Positions 10,845 through 20,354 of a stretch of 64,000 bases of DNA are shown here, one piece after another. The notes beneath the pieces were generated by a model. It saw only the letters and a list, made by a program, of their open reading frames with translations, searched no databases and had not been told where the DNA came from. The DNA comes from Candidatus Nitrosopelagicus sp. (GTDB lineage: Archaea > Thermoproteota > Nitrososphaeria > Nitrososphaerales > Nitrosopumilaceae): positions 40,525 to 104,524 of the forward strand of contig JAOLYM010000001.1 in assembly GCA_028343435.1 (NCBI GenBank), written 5' to 3'. The stretch's first letter is position 1, and each line of letters begins with the position of its first letter. The translations under genes and the position numbers were made by a program.

Positions 10845-11936
10845 ATGGAAAAACGGATTATATTTCATGTTGATTTTGACTATTTTTATGCACAGTGTGA
10901 AGAAATTAGAGATTCTAAAATAAAAGGAAAATGTGTTGCAGTTTGTATATTTTCAGATAGAGGAGGAGATAGCGGTGCCATAGCTACTGCAAATTACAAT
11001 GCAAGAAAGTTTGGAGTAAAATCTGGCATGCCAATCATGCTTGCAAAAAATAAATTAAAAGAAGAAGATGCAATATTTTTGCCAGCAGATTTTGATTATT
11101 ATTCTGACATGTCATCAAAGGGAATGGAAATAATTGAAAAGTATGCAGATGTGTTTGAGTATGTAGGTAGAGATGAAGCATATCTAGACGTTACAAAAAA
11201 AACTGAAATAGATTTTCATAATGCAGAACATTTAGCACAACAGTTAAAAAATGAAATAAGAAATAAGCTAAAACTCACATGTTCTGTTGGAATTACTCCA
11301 AATAAATTACTGTCAAAAATTGCTTCTGATTACAAAAAACCTGATGGATTGACAACTGTAAAACCAGAACAAGTTGATGAGTTTTTATCACCACTTAAAA
11401 TTAGAGAAATTCCAGGAATAGGTAAAAAAACAGAACAAGTCTTTACGCAAATGAATGTTCATACAATTGAAGAATTAAGAGAAATTGACATTTTTGATTT
11501 AAATAAAATTTTTGGAAGAAAAACTGGAGCATATATTTTTAATTCTGCAAAAGGCATAGATGCAGAAATAGTCAAAGAAAGACCTCCAACAATTCAGTTT
11601 AGTAAAATTGTCACTTTAAAGAAAAATTCTAAGGAACTGGAATTTCTACAAGAAAACGTAATGGAGTTATGTGTACAATTAAACAAGATAGCAATTGAGA
11701 ATAACAAAATGTACCGCTCAATTGGGATTCAATTTGTAAATGAAGATTTATCAACAAAAACTAAATCAAGAATGCTAAAAAATCCAGTAAGTAATGAAAA
11801 CGAACTGAAAAAAGTTACAATCCAATTATTAGAAGAAGCATTAGTTGAGCAAGTTATGTTAGTTAGAAGAGTTGGAGTTAGAATTTCAGAATTTTCAGAT
11901 GTTGAAGGTCAAAGTAGTATTACAAATTATTTTTAG
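10845..11936 (+). CDS. dinB: Y-family DNA polymerase IV (DinB/Dpo4)
   Basis: HVDFDYFYAQ, ANYNARKFG, RDEAYLD, KPDG; C-terminal PIP box QSSITNYF. Confidence 0.95.
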   Translation: MEKRIIFHVDFDYFYAQCEEIRDSKIKGKCVAVCIFSDRGGDSGAIATANYNARKFGVKSGMPIMLAKNKLKEEDAIFLPADFDYYSDMSSKGMEIIEKYADVFEYVGRDEAYLDVTKKTEIDFHNAEHLAQQLKNEIRNKLKLTCSVGITPNKLLSKIASDYKKPDGLTTVKPEQVDEFLSPLKIREIPGIGKKTEQVFTQMNVHTIEELREIDIFDLNKIFGRKTGAYIFNSAKGIDAEIVKERPPTIQFSKIVTLKKNSKELEFLQENVMELCVQLNKIAIENNKMYRSIGIQFVNEDLSTKTKSRMLKNPVSNENELKKVTIQLLEEALVEQVMLVRRVGVRISEFSDVEGQSSITNYF

Positions 11937-12858
11937 ACGTGTCTTTAGATTCTAATTTCTTGAGTCTTTTTGTTTCAACTGCCGTAACAACTAATAAGAA
12001 TATGAATAACCAAGGAAGGAACATAATTTCTCCAGCTACGGAATGGAATTCTTCCCAAGCTTCAGGATCAGTAGTTACTTTTAGTGCGTAAACTGATAAT
12101 GAAAATATTCGGATCATATTTACAAAAATAGTTCCAAGAATACCTAAAACAAAATAAATGATTTTACGATTCCGAGGAATTCTCATTTTTATGAGAAATG
12201 CCATCATTACTAGTGAATAGATGATTATACTATGTACTCCTGCAGATGGCCAGAAGACTTGTAATGCAAATGGACCAAAGTCACCATTAAGAAACATCAA
12301 ATTATCACGTGCAGTTGCAACACCAAGATCAAGTACAGTAATTACCCAAACGTTGGCTTGTACAAAATATGGTACAATGTATTGTAATGGTCCAAGTGTG
12401 TCATAAGGAAAGAAAGAATCTAATGCCAGAATTATTGCATTACCAGCTAAAAATATTGGGCCAGCCGGTCCTATTCTAATCCATTTTCGTCCAAATAGAA
12501 TTGCAAGAGACGCAGTCACAAAAATTGCCATTACGGTGAAGTCGAATAACCATTCCCAAGAATATTCTAAGACACCGAAAACATCAACTAAACTCATTAT
12601 GTAATCTCTAACACCGAATTGTAGAGATATGAAATATGTTATTGTAAGTGCAATTAACGGAATACAGTAAAAGAAACGCTTCCTTGGAATTACAAATTTT
12701 AATCCAATTAATTCTGCTGCAATGAATGCAGCTGCAAAAAGAAATCCACCTCGACCTTGATTCCAGCTAAGACTAAAGCTATCAGGGTATATCGCCATTG
12801 TGAATAGAATTGGAGATAAAACAAGAAGAATTGCTATAAACACACTTTTGTTTTCCAT
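11920..12858 (-). CDS. artG: Thaumarchaeosortase (archaeosortase/exosortase family)
   Basis: Multi-TM; WNQGRGG, FWPSAGVHS (Ser at the catalytic-Cys position, a feature of this subfamily), NMIRI Arg, FHS His. Confidence 0.85.
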   Translation of the reverse strand: MENKSVFIAILLVLSPILFTMAIYPDSFSLSWNQGRGGFLFAAAFIAAELIGLKFVIPRKRFFYCIPLIALTITYFISLQFGVRDYIMSLVDVFGVLEYSWEWLFDFTVMAIFVTASLAILFGRKWIRIGPAGPIFLAGNAIILALDSFFPYDTLGPLQYIVPYFVQANVWVITVLDLGVATARDNLMFLNGDFGPFALQVFWPSAGVHSIIIYSLVMMAFLIKMRIPRNRKIIYFVLGILGTIFVNMIRIFSLSVYALKVTTDPEAWEEFHSVAGEIMFLPWLFIFLLVVTAVETKRLKKLESKDTSKNNL

Positions 12859-12896
12859 TGAGTGTCGTTTGTAGTCTCTCAATAAATATGCAAATA

Positions 12897-14054
12897 TTAG
12901 AAAAAATCAGACATGTTTGTTTGAGTTACAAGTTTGAGCATATTTCCATGAGCAAGCCATTCATTTTTACTAATACTCATTCGTTTTGTTGCAAGAGTAA
13001 TTGCTTCATTTAAGGAATTTGTTTCTTGAGGAGTTTTTTTCATTGCTTCCCTTACTCCTTCACGAACCTGCCAAACACCAACAGGTACAGCATATTCAGG
13101 TTGAATTTCTCTAAATATCATAACACCTGATTGTCTTTTGATTTTTTGTAAGTATTCGGTTACTGCCAATTTACCTGCAAAATATGCACCTGCGATAGAT
13201 GGAGCATGATCAATTCCTTTTGCATTTTCATAATCATTTCCAAATCCTATAGAATTTTTGTCATGCCATGCTTCTTGCATTTCAAAAATCCATCTATGAG
13301 GAAATAATATCACCGAAAATAAATTCCCAAGATGATCAAAGCTGAATATATTATATCTGTCAATTATATCAAAATCAAGTATTTTATGCATTAAATCATC
13401 AGATATTATTTGATCTGTTGCTGTGATACTCCATTTTGTTGGAACTAATTTTCGATTTTTACCAAACATTCCAATACTGAAACATTTTTGAATTTTAGAT
13501 ATTTCAATTCCAGAATTATAAAGTTTCATCACTGCATCTTCAGATTTCAGATCAGTGTCATAGTATGCATTTTCTATTGGTTTGATAGAAGAGTTTGGCG
13601 AAAATTTTGCAGTCTTTATTTCACCGAGAGGGCCAAATGGTGCATTTTGACCATCGACAGATGGGATTAGGGAGGGTTTTTTCAGGAACTCTATTTCAGA
13701 ATCAATTGAACCTGATGACATTGCTAATTCATGAAGGCTTTCAATAAAACGGCCAGTGGTCTCTTCAATTCCTGCTTTTTGTATTCCACGCACAAGATTT
13801 AATCGATAATTGACAATTTCTTCAAGACTTTTTCCAAGCCATCTTTCAGGTGCATCTAAAAGTGTGGTATCCCCATGAACAGGAGGTAGCATAGGCCCAA
13901 TTCCTACTTTAGGATATCCATATGAGCCTACAAAAACTGATGGTGGACTAGACCCCTGTATTTCATTAGAAGAGAAAAGATTTGCATACTTTGAGAGATA
14001 TTCGTGCCAGTTTTGTTCAATGCCATTTCTAATATCAGAACTTGTTCTAGACAT
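12897..14054 (-). CDS. nreA: Nre-family DNA repair protein
   Basis: GSSPPSVFVGSYGYPKV, LVPTKWSITATD, VPVGVWQVRE; C-terminal PIP box QTNMSDFF. Confidence 0.88.
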   Translation of the reverse strand: MSRTSSDIRNGIEQNWHEYLSKYANLFSSNEIQGSSPPSVFVGSYGYPKVGIGPMLPPVHGDTTLLDAPERWLGKSLEEIVNYRLNLVRGIQKAGIEETTGRFIESLHELAMSSGSIDSEIEFLKKPSLIPSVDGQNAPFGPLGEIKTAKFSPNSSIKPIENAYYDTDLKSEDAVMKLYNSGIEISKIQKCFSIGMFGKNRKLVPTKWSITATDQIISDDLMHKILDFDIIDRYNIFSFDHLGNLFSVILFPHRWIFEMQEAWHDKNSIGFGNDYENAKGIDHAPSIAGAYFAGKLAVTEYLQKIKRQSGVMIFREIQPEYAVPVGVWQVREGVREAMKKTPQETNSLNEAITLATKRMSISKNEWLAHGNMLKLVTQTNMSDFF

Positions 14055-14144
14055 ATACTTTCAACAAGTTTATGAATAATAAATAATTCATCTAGTAAAA
14101 AATTGACATAAAGTTAAAGTGAACTAAGAATGTAATAATTTTAA

Positions 14145-15065
14145 ATGAATAGTAAAAGAATTATTTCATTTTTACCTAGTGCAACAGAGTTAATTTACGA
14201 ATTAGGAGCACAAAAAAAATTATTTGGTGTAACTCATGAGTGCAATTATCCTAAGGCGGCAACAAGTAAACCAAGAGTAATAGAAAGTGTCTTTGAACCA
14301 GAAAATATGTCAAGTCAAGAAATTGATGAGAAAATTTGTAGTCTTTTAGAGAGAGGAGAAGATATTTACAAATTAGTAGTAGAAAATGTTTCTAATGCAA
14401 AACCAGATCTAATTATTTCACAAGAAATTTGCGAGGTTTGTTCAGCATATACCAACCAAGTAAAAAATGCAATAAATATTCTTGATGAAAAACCAGAAAT
14501 TTATTCAATGAGTCCTCACGACCTACAAGGTATTTTAAAATGTGTGGAAGATATTGCGGAAAAAATTGATGAGGTTCAAAGAGGAATTGAAATTGTTAGT
14601 TCACTTAATTTACGAATAAATAAAATCAAAAATGTAGAAATTAAAAACAGACCTAGAGTCTTAGGAATAGAATGGATAAAGCCATTTTTTACATCTGGAC
14701 ACTGGGTTCCAGAAATGATTGAATTTTCAGGAGGTATTAACATGATAACAAAAACTGGAGAACATTCAAGAAAAATGGATATTGAAGAAATTGAGAATGT
14801 AGATCCAGACGTAATAATTTTGATGCCATGTGGTTTTGATGTTAAAAGAACAGTTTCAGAATATGAAAAATATCTTAAAAATGATTCAAAATGGAATCAG
14901 TTAAGTGCTGTTAAAGATAAGAAAGTTTTTGCAGTTGATGCAAATTCATTTTTTAGTAAACCAAGTATTAGAGTAGTAGGAGGTATTGAAATTTTAGCAA
15001 AAATTTTACACCCAGAAATATTCACAGATTTCGAGGTACCAAATAATTCATTTTTAAAAATATAG
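14145..15065 (+). CDS. BtuF/Fe-siderophore-type substrate-binding-fold protein, no signal peptide
   Basis: RIISFLPSATELIYELG, GVTHECNYP, KPDLI, GHWVPEMI, FSKPSIR. Confidence 0.8.
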   Translation: MNSKRIISFLPSATELIYELGAQKKLFGVTHECNYPKAATSKPRVIESVFEPENMSSQEIDEKICSLLERGEDIYKLVVENVSNAKPDLIISQEICEVCSAYTNQVKNAINILDEKPEIYSMSPHDLQGILKCVEDIAEKIDEVQRGIEIVSSLNLRINKIKNVEIKNRPRVLGIEWIKPFFTSGHWVPEMIEFSGGINMITKTGEHSRKMDIEEIENVDPDVIILMPCGFDVKRTVSEYEKYLKNDSKWNQLSAVKDKKVFAVDANSFFSKPSIRVVGGIEILAKILHPEIFTDFEVPNNSFLKI

Positions 15066-15077
15066 AAAGAATTTCTA

Positions 15078-15158
15078 TTATTGATCGTCTGTCTCATCTA
15101 ATTCATCAGCATCGTATGCTCGTTTAGATGGACGAGTTGGAACGAAGAATCGTGACAT
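15078..15158 (-). CDS. Putative 26-aa microprotein MSRFFVPTRPSKRAYDADELDETDDQ
   Basis: Hand translation: ATG at 15158 to TAA at 15078, filling a GC-richer patch of an AT-rich spacer. Confidence 0.4.
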   Translation of the reverse strand: MSRFFVPTRPSKRAYDADELDETDDQ

Positions 15159-15237
15159 AGTAATGTATTACAATTTGAAAAGTAATTTTAGTGGGTTGTA
15201 AAAAATTGTCTTTTTACATCAACAAAATTGAACTAGA

Positions 15238-15714
15238 CTAGAATTTCATTTTACACTCACGTGAAAGAGACTTTGTAGTGACAAAAATTACAATTCCAAG
15301 AATTCCAATAGATGTTAAGCGAATTGGAATTTCATAAATTGTTAGAAATGAGCTTGCTATACTTCCAGCTGTCCCAAATGTTGTAATAACTGAAAATGCG
15401 ATAGGTCCACAAGAACATGCACCTGCAGATGCCCCAATAATAGTTCCAACTATACTTGAACCTATTTTTTTAGTTTCTTTGATTAATTTAACACGGTAGA
15501 TATTCATTGATACTGCAAGAGATGAAAGAAATGATAAAAATACAATTAAAGAAAAGCTCAATGTAGTTTCAGGATACATAGAGAATACCACAAATGGTTC
15601 AAGAAATAAAAATTCTGAAATTATAATTAATGGAATAAATAGTAAGAAAAATATTCCAATTGTAATTAGAATGTAAGATGGATTTGAATAAACAAGTCCA
15701 AAAGTATTATTCAA
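15238..15714 (-). CDS. Membrane protein with GACSCGP motif
   Basis: About 4 TM helices, CxC motif; directly downstream of the DsbA-family gene. Confidence 0.7.
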   Translation of the reverse strand: MNNTFGLVYSNPSYILITIGIFFLLFIPLIIISEFLFLEPFVVFSMYPETTLSFSLIVFLSFLSSLAVSMNIYRVKLIKETKKIGSSIVGTIIGASAGACSCGPIAFSVITTFGTAGSIASSFLTIYEIPIRLTSIGILGIVIFVTTKSLSRECKMKF

Positions 15715-15715
15715 T

Positions 15716-16396
15716 TTAGATTAATGAATCAATTAGATTTTCAAATGTAGAGTATGGATGAGCACCTACAACTCTTTGTGATTCTCCAGATAATGTATTT
15801 ACAATCATGAATGTAGGAGTACTGTTTGCTCCAAATTCAGTAACAGCCACTTGTTTGTTGTAATTAACTCTAGCGTAATGATCATCAGTGGTCATACACT
15901 TGTCAAACTGTTCAATATCTAAACCTAAGTTAAATGCAAAAGCTTGTAATCGGGTAGCGCTAGCCCAACCACCATCTATTTCATCTTCTTGATATGTGAA
16001 AAGCATTGAATGATATTCCCAATATTTTCCTTGATCATCTGCACAATATGTTGCTTCAGAAGCAGGAATCGAATCACTACCTAGAAATGGCATGTCAAGA
16101 AAAACAAGATTTGCTTTTCCAGTGTTAATATAATTTTCAATAATTTGGGGTCGAGTTTCTTCAAACCAAATTTTACACATGTGGCATTGGTAATCACCAA
16201 CTTCAATAATTGTTACAGTTGCAGTTTTAGAACCTAGTACAGGTGCTTGTTTTAGTTCAAGCGTCTTAAATTCATCTTCAGTAGTGGAAGTCCGAGGAGT
16301 ATCAAAGTCAGACATGTATGATGTGGCAAACGTTACAAGTATTACAACTAACACTACAGCTGCACCAACAACTGCAATTTTCTTTGTGTCCGCCAT
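15716..16396 (-). CDS. DsbA-family thioredoxin-fold oxidoreductase, membrane-anchored
   Basis: N-terminal TM, GDYQCHMC active site, DQGKYWEYH, STPTF cis-Pro loop. Confidence 0.88.
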   Translation of the reverse strand: MADTKKIAVVGAAVVLVVILVTFATSYMSDFDTPRTSTTEDEFKTLELKQAPVLGSKTATVTIIEVGDYQCHMCKIWFEETRPQIIENYINTGKANLVFLDMPFLGSDSIPASEATYCADDQGKYWEYHSMLFTYQEDEIDGGWASATRLQAFAFNLGLDIEQFDKCMTTDDHYARVNYNKQVAVTEFGANSTPTFMIVNTLSGESQRVVGAHPYSTFENLIDSLI

Positions 16397-16450
16397 GAAT
16401 TTTAGAAGAGTAAATTAATTAAAAAACCTTGCATTGTCTCTAAGATTATA

Positions 16451-16576
16451 TTATTTACGCCTGAACAAACTCATGATTTTTTGGGCGACGGAATCAATAG
16501 GGCAAGAGCTACATGAGACTTCAGAGTTTTCAGCCTCAATTTGTTCATCCATATCATTTTGTTTTTTTTCATCCAT
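16451..16576 (-). CDS. Putative 41-aa CxxC microprotein
   Basis: Hand translation MDEKKQNDMDEQIEAENSEVSCSSCPIDSVAQKIMSLFRRK; TTTATAA box about 22 nt upstream of the ATG. Confidence 0.6.
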   Translation of the reverse strand: MDEKKQNDMDEQIEAENSEVSCSSCPIDSVAQKIMSLFRRK

Positions 16577-16752
16577 GTGCTCATAAATCAAAAATAGGTT
16601 ATAAACAATTTGACAGATTTTACAATTACACTATTCACCATAGGAATCAATTAATTCTAAGCATGGGTTTATTAGACGATCGAATCAGGATAGATTAGAA
16701 ATAATGATGGATTAGGTTCGCTTTCTCTGTCATTGCTTTAGACAGAAAAAAA

Positions 16753-18108
16753 ATGAACACATTTGATGAATTAAAAATAAATGAAGACATAATGAGATCC
16801 ATTAAGGAGCTCGGCTTTACCAAACCTTTTCCAATACAAGCACAAGCAATACCTGAACTTTTACAAGGAAATGATGTAATTGGTCAAGCACATACAGGAA
16901 CAGGAAAGACAGCCACATTTGGAATACCAATGCTACAAAACATCATTCATGGTGGAGGAATTCAAGGACTAGTCATTGCTCCAACAAGAGAATTAGCAAT
17001 GCAAATTACTGAAGAGATAAAAAAAGTTGGAAAGTATACTAAAATCAAAGTAGTAACTGTTTACGGTGGGCAAGGAATTGGAATACAATTAGATGCACTA
17101 CGTAGAAAACCAGAGATAGTAGTTGCAACACCTGGAAGATTAATTGATCATTTGGATAATGGTTCAATCAGAACTAATGATATCAAACATGTGGTATTAG
17201 ATGAAGCAGATGTAATGCTGGATATGGGATTCATAGAAGATATCGAATATGTTCTACAAAAAGTTCCAGGAAATAGAATTACATCATTATTTTCAGCAAC
17301 AATGCCACCTGAAATTCTTAGACTTGCAGACAAATATCTAAACAATCCAAAAAATATTCTAATTGATTCAGATGATTTAAGTGGAGAGGGAATTGATCAA
17401 TCATTTTTAGTAATCAAGGATAGAGAGAAGCACAAGTATCTTACAGACTTCATTAATCAAAATAGAGGACAAGTAATAGTATTTTGTTCAACAAAAATTA
17501 GAACAAGAAATGTTGCAAGAGATTTACAAAAATCCAGATACAAAGTAGTTGCAATTGAAGGTGACATGTCGCAAAATAAACGAGAATATTCAATGATGAA
17601 ATTTAGAAAAAATCAAGCAGACATATTGGTTGCAACAGATGTTGCAGCAAGAGGAATAGATGTTCCTAGAGTAGGCTTAGTAGTAAATTATGATGTTCCA
17701 AATCAAGATATGGTTTATTTCCATAGAATTGGTCGTACAGCAAGGGCAGGAGCAAAAGGAAGAGCAATTACATTAGTATCATACTCATCAATTGCCGATT
17801 GGAAATTTATTAAAAAACAAATTAAATCAGATTTAACTGATCTAAATAAAAAGATGGGAATTGAAGTTCATATTCCAGACCCATTGAAACGTGATGTTGG
17901 ACGACGTGTTGCACAACCAATGCGTTCAGGATATGGACGTAGACCAAGTTATGGTGGAAGAAGTAGACCAAGTTATGGTGGCGGTGGAAGATCAAGTTAT
18001 GGTGGCGGACGTAGTAGAGACGGACCAGCAAGAGACCAATACAAAAGAAGAAGCAGTGCACGTTCATCCTACGGAAGACAAGGTAGAGATACAAAGAAAA
18101 AGTGGTAG
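16753..18108 (+). CDS. DEAD-box RNA helicase with Arg/Gly/Ser/Tyr-rich tail
   Basis: Q motif, AHTGTGKT, PTRELA, DEAD, SAT, ARGID, HRIGRTAR; SYGG repeats. Confidence 0.95.
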   Translation: MNTFDELKINEDIMRSIKELGFTKPFPIQAQAIPELLQGNDVIGQAHTGTGKTATFGIPMLQNIIHGGGIQGLVIAPTRELAMQITEEIKKVGKYTKIKVVTVYGGQGIGIQLDALRRKPEIVVATPGRLIDHLDNGSIRTNDIKHVVLDEADVMLDMGFIEDIEYVLQKVPGNRITSLFSATMPPEILRLADKYLNNPKNILIDSDDLSGEGIDQSFLVIKDREKHKYLTDFINQNRGQVIVFCSTKIRTRNVARDLQKSRYKVVAIEGDMSQNKREYSMMKFRKNQADILVATDVAARGIDVPRVGLVVNYDVPNQDMVYFHRIGRTARAGAKGRAITLVSYSSIADWKFIKKQIKSDLTDLNKKMGIEVHIPDPLKRDVGRRVAQPMRSGYGRRPSYGGRSRPSYGGGGRSSYGGGRSRDGPARDQYKRRSSARSSYGRQGRDTKKKW

Positions 18109-18155
18109 TTTACAACACTTAAAGACAAGGATTATTTAGAAAAGTGTAAGAAAAA

Positions 18156-18392
18156 ATGCATATTGGATTTGTTTTATTGAATTGTGATTTAGGTGCTGAA
18201 GAGTATATTTTAGAAGAATTACAACAAGTAGATGAAATAAAAAATGCATATGTTACATTTGGTGCATATGACATAATAGCAGAAATTCATGCAGATACAC
18301 AGGAAGATTTTGAAAAAACAGTTTCATTGAGAATTAGACAATTATCTAGAGTGGTTAGTACAATGACACTAAATGTCATTAAAGGCGAATGA
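18156..18392 (+). CDS. Lrp/AsnC ligand-binding (RAM) domain protein
   Basis: TFGAYDIIAEI...VVSTMTL; no HTH. Confidence 0.85.
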   Translation: MHIGFVLLNCDLGAEEYILEELQQVDEIKNAYVTFGAYDIIAEIHADTQEDFEKTVSLRIRQLSRVVSTMTLNVIKGE

Positions 18393-18419
18393 CACTTATA
18401 CGAAAAAAAAAGTGAAATT

Positions 18420-18710
18420 GTGTTGCAGCAAATTGAATATTCTGGAACAGTGTGGGCACTAAGTCACAATGACCCAGAACCACTAATTGAACACAGCATA
18501 AAAAAATTACAAGATTATGGCATCAAAAAAGAAGATATCAAAATAGTTGATGCACCAGATAGTCCAGAAGTTGGGCAAGTAGTGGTAGAAATTTGGCCAC
18601 ATGAACTAGTTATTGCTAGAATTAGAACGGTCAGAGGTGAATCTTTTATCAGCGGAACAGAACTCAACATAGAATTAAAATCAGATGAAGCAGGAAATTA
18701 TATCGATTAG
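18420..18710 (+). CDS. Hypothetical protein
   Basis: 96 aa ORF in co-oriented run. Confidence 0.6.
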   Translation: MLQQIEYSGTVWALSHNDPEPLIEHSIKKLQDYGIKKEDIKIVDAPDSPEVGQVVVEIWPHELVIARIRTVRGESFISGTELNIELKSDEAGNYID

Positions 18711-18713
18711 TAA

Positions 18714-19220
18714 TTGAAAAAACGCAAGGCAAAAAAATCTAAAAGTAAATTTCCAATTATCATTATTGGTGCAGTCATAATAGGAATCATTGTTTTTTAC
18801 TTCTATTCAGCAGATCAGGCAAAAATTCGGGGGTTTGCATTTGGGAATGAGATACAAACATTACAAGAAGAAATTCAAAATGAGCAAGGACTATTCATTT
18901 CAAGCATAGCAAAATGGAATGAGAATGCAATATCTGATGCCGAAATGATTAGAATTGGAGAAAAACATATTGAAACATTCAATGAATTATTAGACAAATA
19001 CGATGAATTACAACCACCCGATGCCTTCTCAAGATCCGTAAAACTACTAAAACTATCTTTAGAGTATCAAATTGAATCACATGAACATCGTTTAGGCTGG
19101 ATTAAAAATGGAGATGAACTAGAATTAGTCAGATCTCAAGAATTAACACAATTATCATTTGAAGCAGAACAAGCAGGATTAAAATCATTTAACGATGCAA
19201 AATCAGGAATAGAACAGTAA
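18714..19220 (+). CDS. Membrane-anchored hypothetical protein
   Basis: Basic N-terminus, single TM, helical ectodomain. Confidence 0.65.
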   Translation: MKKRKAKKSKSKFPIIIIGAVIIGIIVFYFYSADQAKIRGFAFGNEIQTLQEEIQNEQGLFISSIAKWNENAISDAEMIRIGEKHIETFNELLDKYDELQPPDAFSRSVKLLKLSLEYQIESHEHRLGWIKNGDELELVRSQELTQLSFEAEQAGLKSFNDAKSGIEQ

Positions 19221-19251
19221 ATGTTTAAGCGTTTAAAATCATAGTATTTTT

Positions 19252-20016
19252 ATGAAAAAATTAGTATTTTTAATTCCATTATTATTTTTGGTACAACCTG
19301 CTTTTGGTGAGATAATAGTTGAAAATGATCAAACATACATTGGAAATGACGGTATAATGCACATTGTAGGTGAAATTAAAAATGATTCAAAGTCACCAGT
19401 GAATAAAATAAAAATTATAGCCACACTGATTGATGAAGATGGAAAAATACTAGATACGATAAATGGAAAAGTTATGTCAAATATAATAATGCCAGGAATG
19501 AAAGGTAGTTTCGATATAATTACAAATGAAAAAAAGAGTGACAGTGTTTTAGATTATGAGTTAGGATTTGAGTATAAACTTGCAGCACCAAAAAATCAAG
19601 TCATTGAAATTATTTCATCAGAAATGAAGAGAGATCAATTAAATAATTTAATAATTTCAGGAACTATTGAAAATAATGGAGAGATTACTGCCAACATGAT
19701 AAACGTCGTTGCGACGTTATATGACAGAGATGGAAAAGTGTTAACAGTTTCAAAAATTCAAACACAGCCAGATTTTTTGAGAGCTGGTGAAGAAAGTCAC
19801 TTTTTGGTTCCAATTTATGAAAAAAATCAATCAATGAATGTAGCAGATTATACGATAATTGCAGAATCAGATGAATATGCAGCAGTTCCAGAATTTCCAT
19901 TAGGTTCAGGTGCACTATTGATAATTTCAGTATCATCATATGTCATTTTTTCAAGAAACCCTGAAAGAATTACTAATGCCCTTGGTAGATGTTCAAAGAT
20001 TTTAGCTCGACAATAA
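19252..20016 (+). CDS. Exported FxLYD-domain protein with PEF-CTERM-type sorting signal
   Basis: Signal peptide; two GxIxN...ATL(Y/I)D repeats; VPEFP + TM + basic tail. Confidence 0.8.
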   Translation: MKKLVFLIPLLFLVQPAFGEIIVENDQTYIGNDGIMHIVGEIKNDSKSPVNKIKIIATLIDEDGKILDTINGKVMSNIIMPGMKGSFDIITNEKKSDSVLDYELGFEYKLAAPKNQVIEIISSEMKRDQLNNLIISGTIENNGEITANMINVVATLYDRDGKVLTVSKIQTQPDFLRAGEESHFLVPIYEKNQSMNVADYTIIAESDEYAAVPEFPLGSGALLIISVSSYVIFSRNPERITNALGRCSKILARQ

Positions 20017-20048
20017 TTCTTATACATATACACAAACAACAATGTTAA

Positions 20049-20333
20049 ATGGCAATTTCAGATGAGAATAAAAAATTTTTAGAAGGATTACTGCAATACT
20101 ATATTGAACAAGCTGATTCTTACAATCAATTTGCAAATGAATACAGTAAATTTTCCAGCTCTAAAAGAGAGATAGCGTTTGGAGTAATAGTCGGTACAGT
20201 ATATTCAGCATTTTTACAGACATATTCAAATCAACAATTGGAAGTTAGATTAGACGATATACAGGAATTTCATGAATTTATGAGAGATAATATTGAAAAA
20301 ATAACCAAGGCATTAGACCAAAAAAAACTATAG
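20049..20333 (+). CDS. Hypothetical protein
   Basis: 94 aa helical ORF. Confidence 0.65.
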   Translation: MAISDENKKFLEGLLQYYIEQADSYNQFANEYSKFSSSKREIAFGVIVGTVYSAFLQTYSNQQLEVRLDDIQEFHEFMRDNIEKITKALDQKKL

Positions 20334-20354
20334 GTAGGAATAAATCCAAACAGA

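Noticed and set aside
16513-16698. 61-aa plus-strand ORF before the DEAD-box gene
   Set aside because: It overlaps the better-supported 41-aa minus-strand ORF and the divergent promoter region
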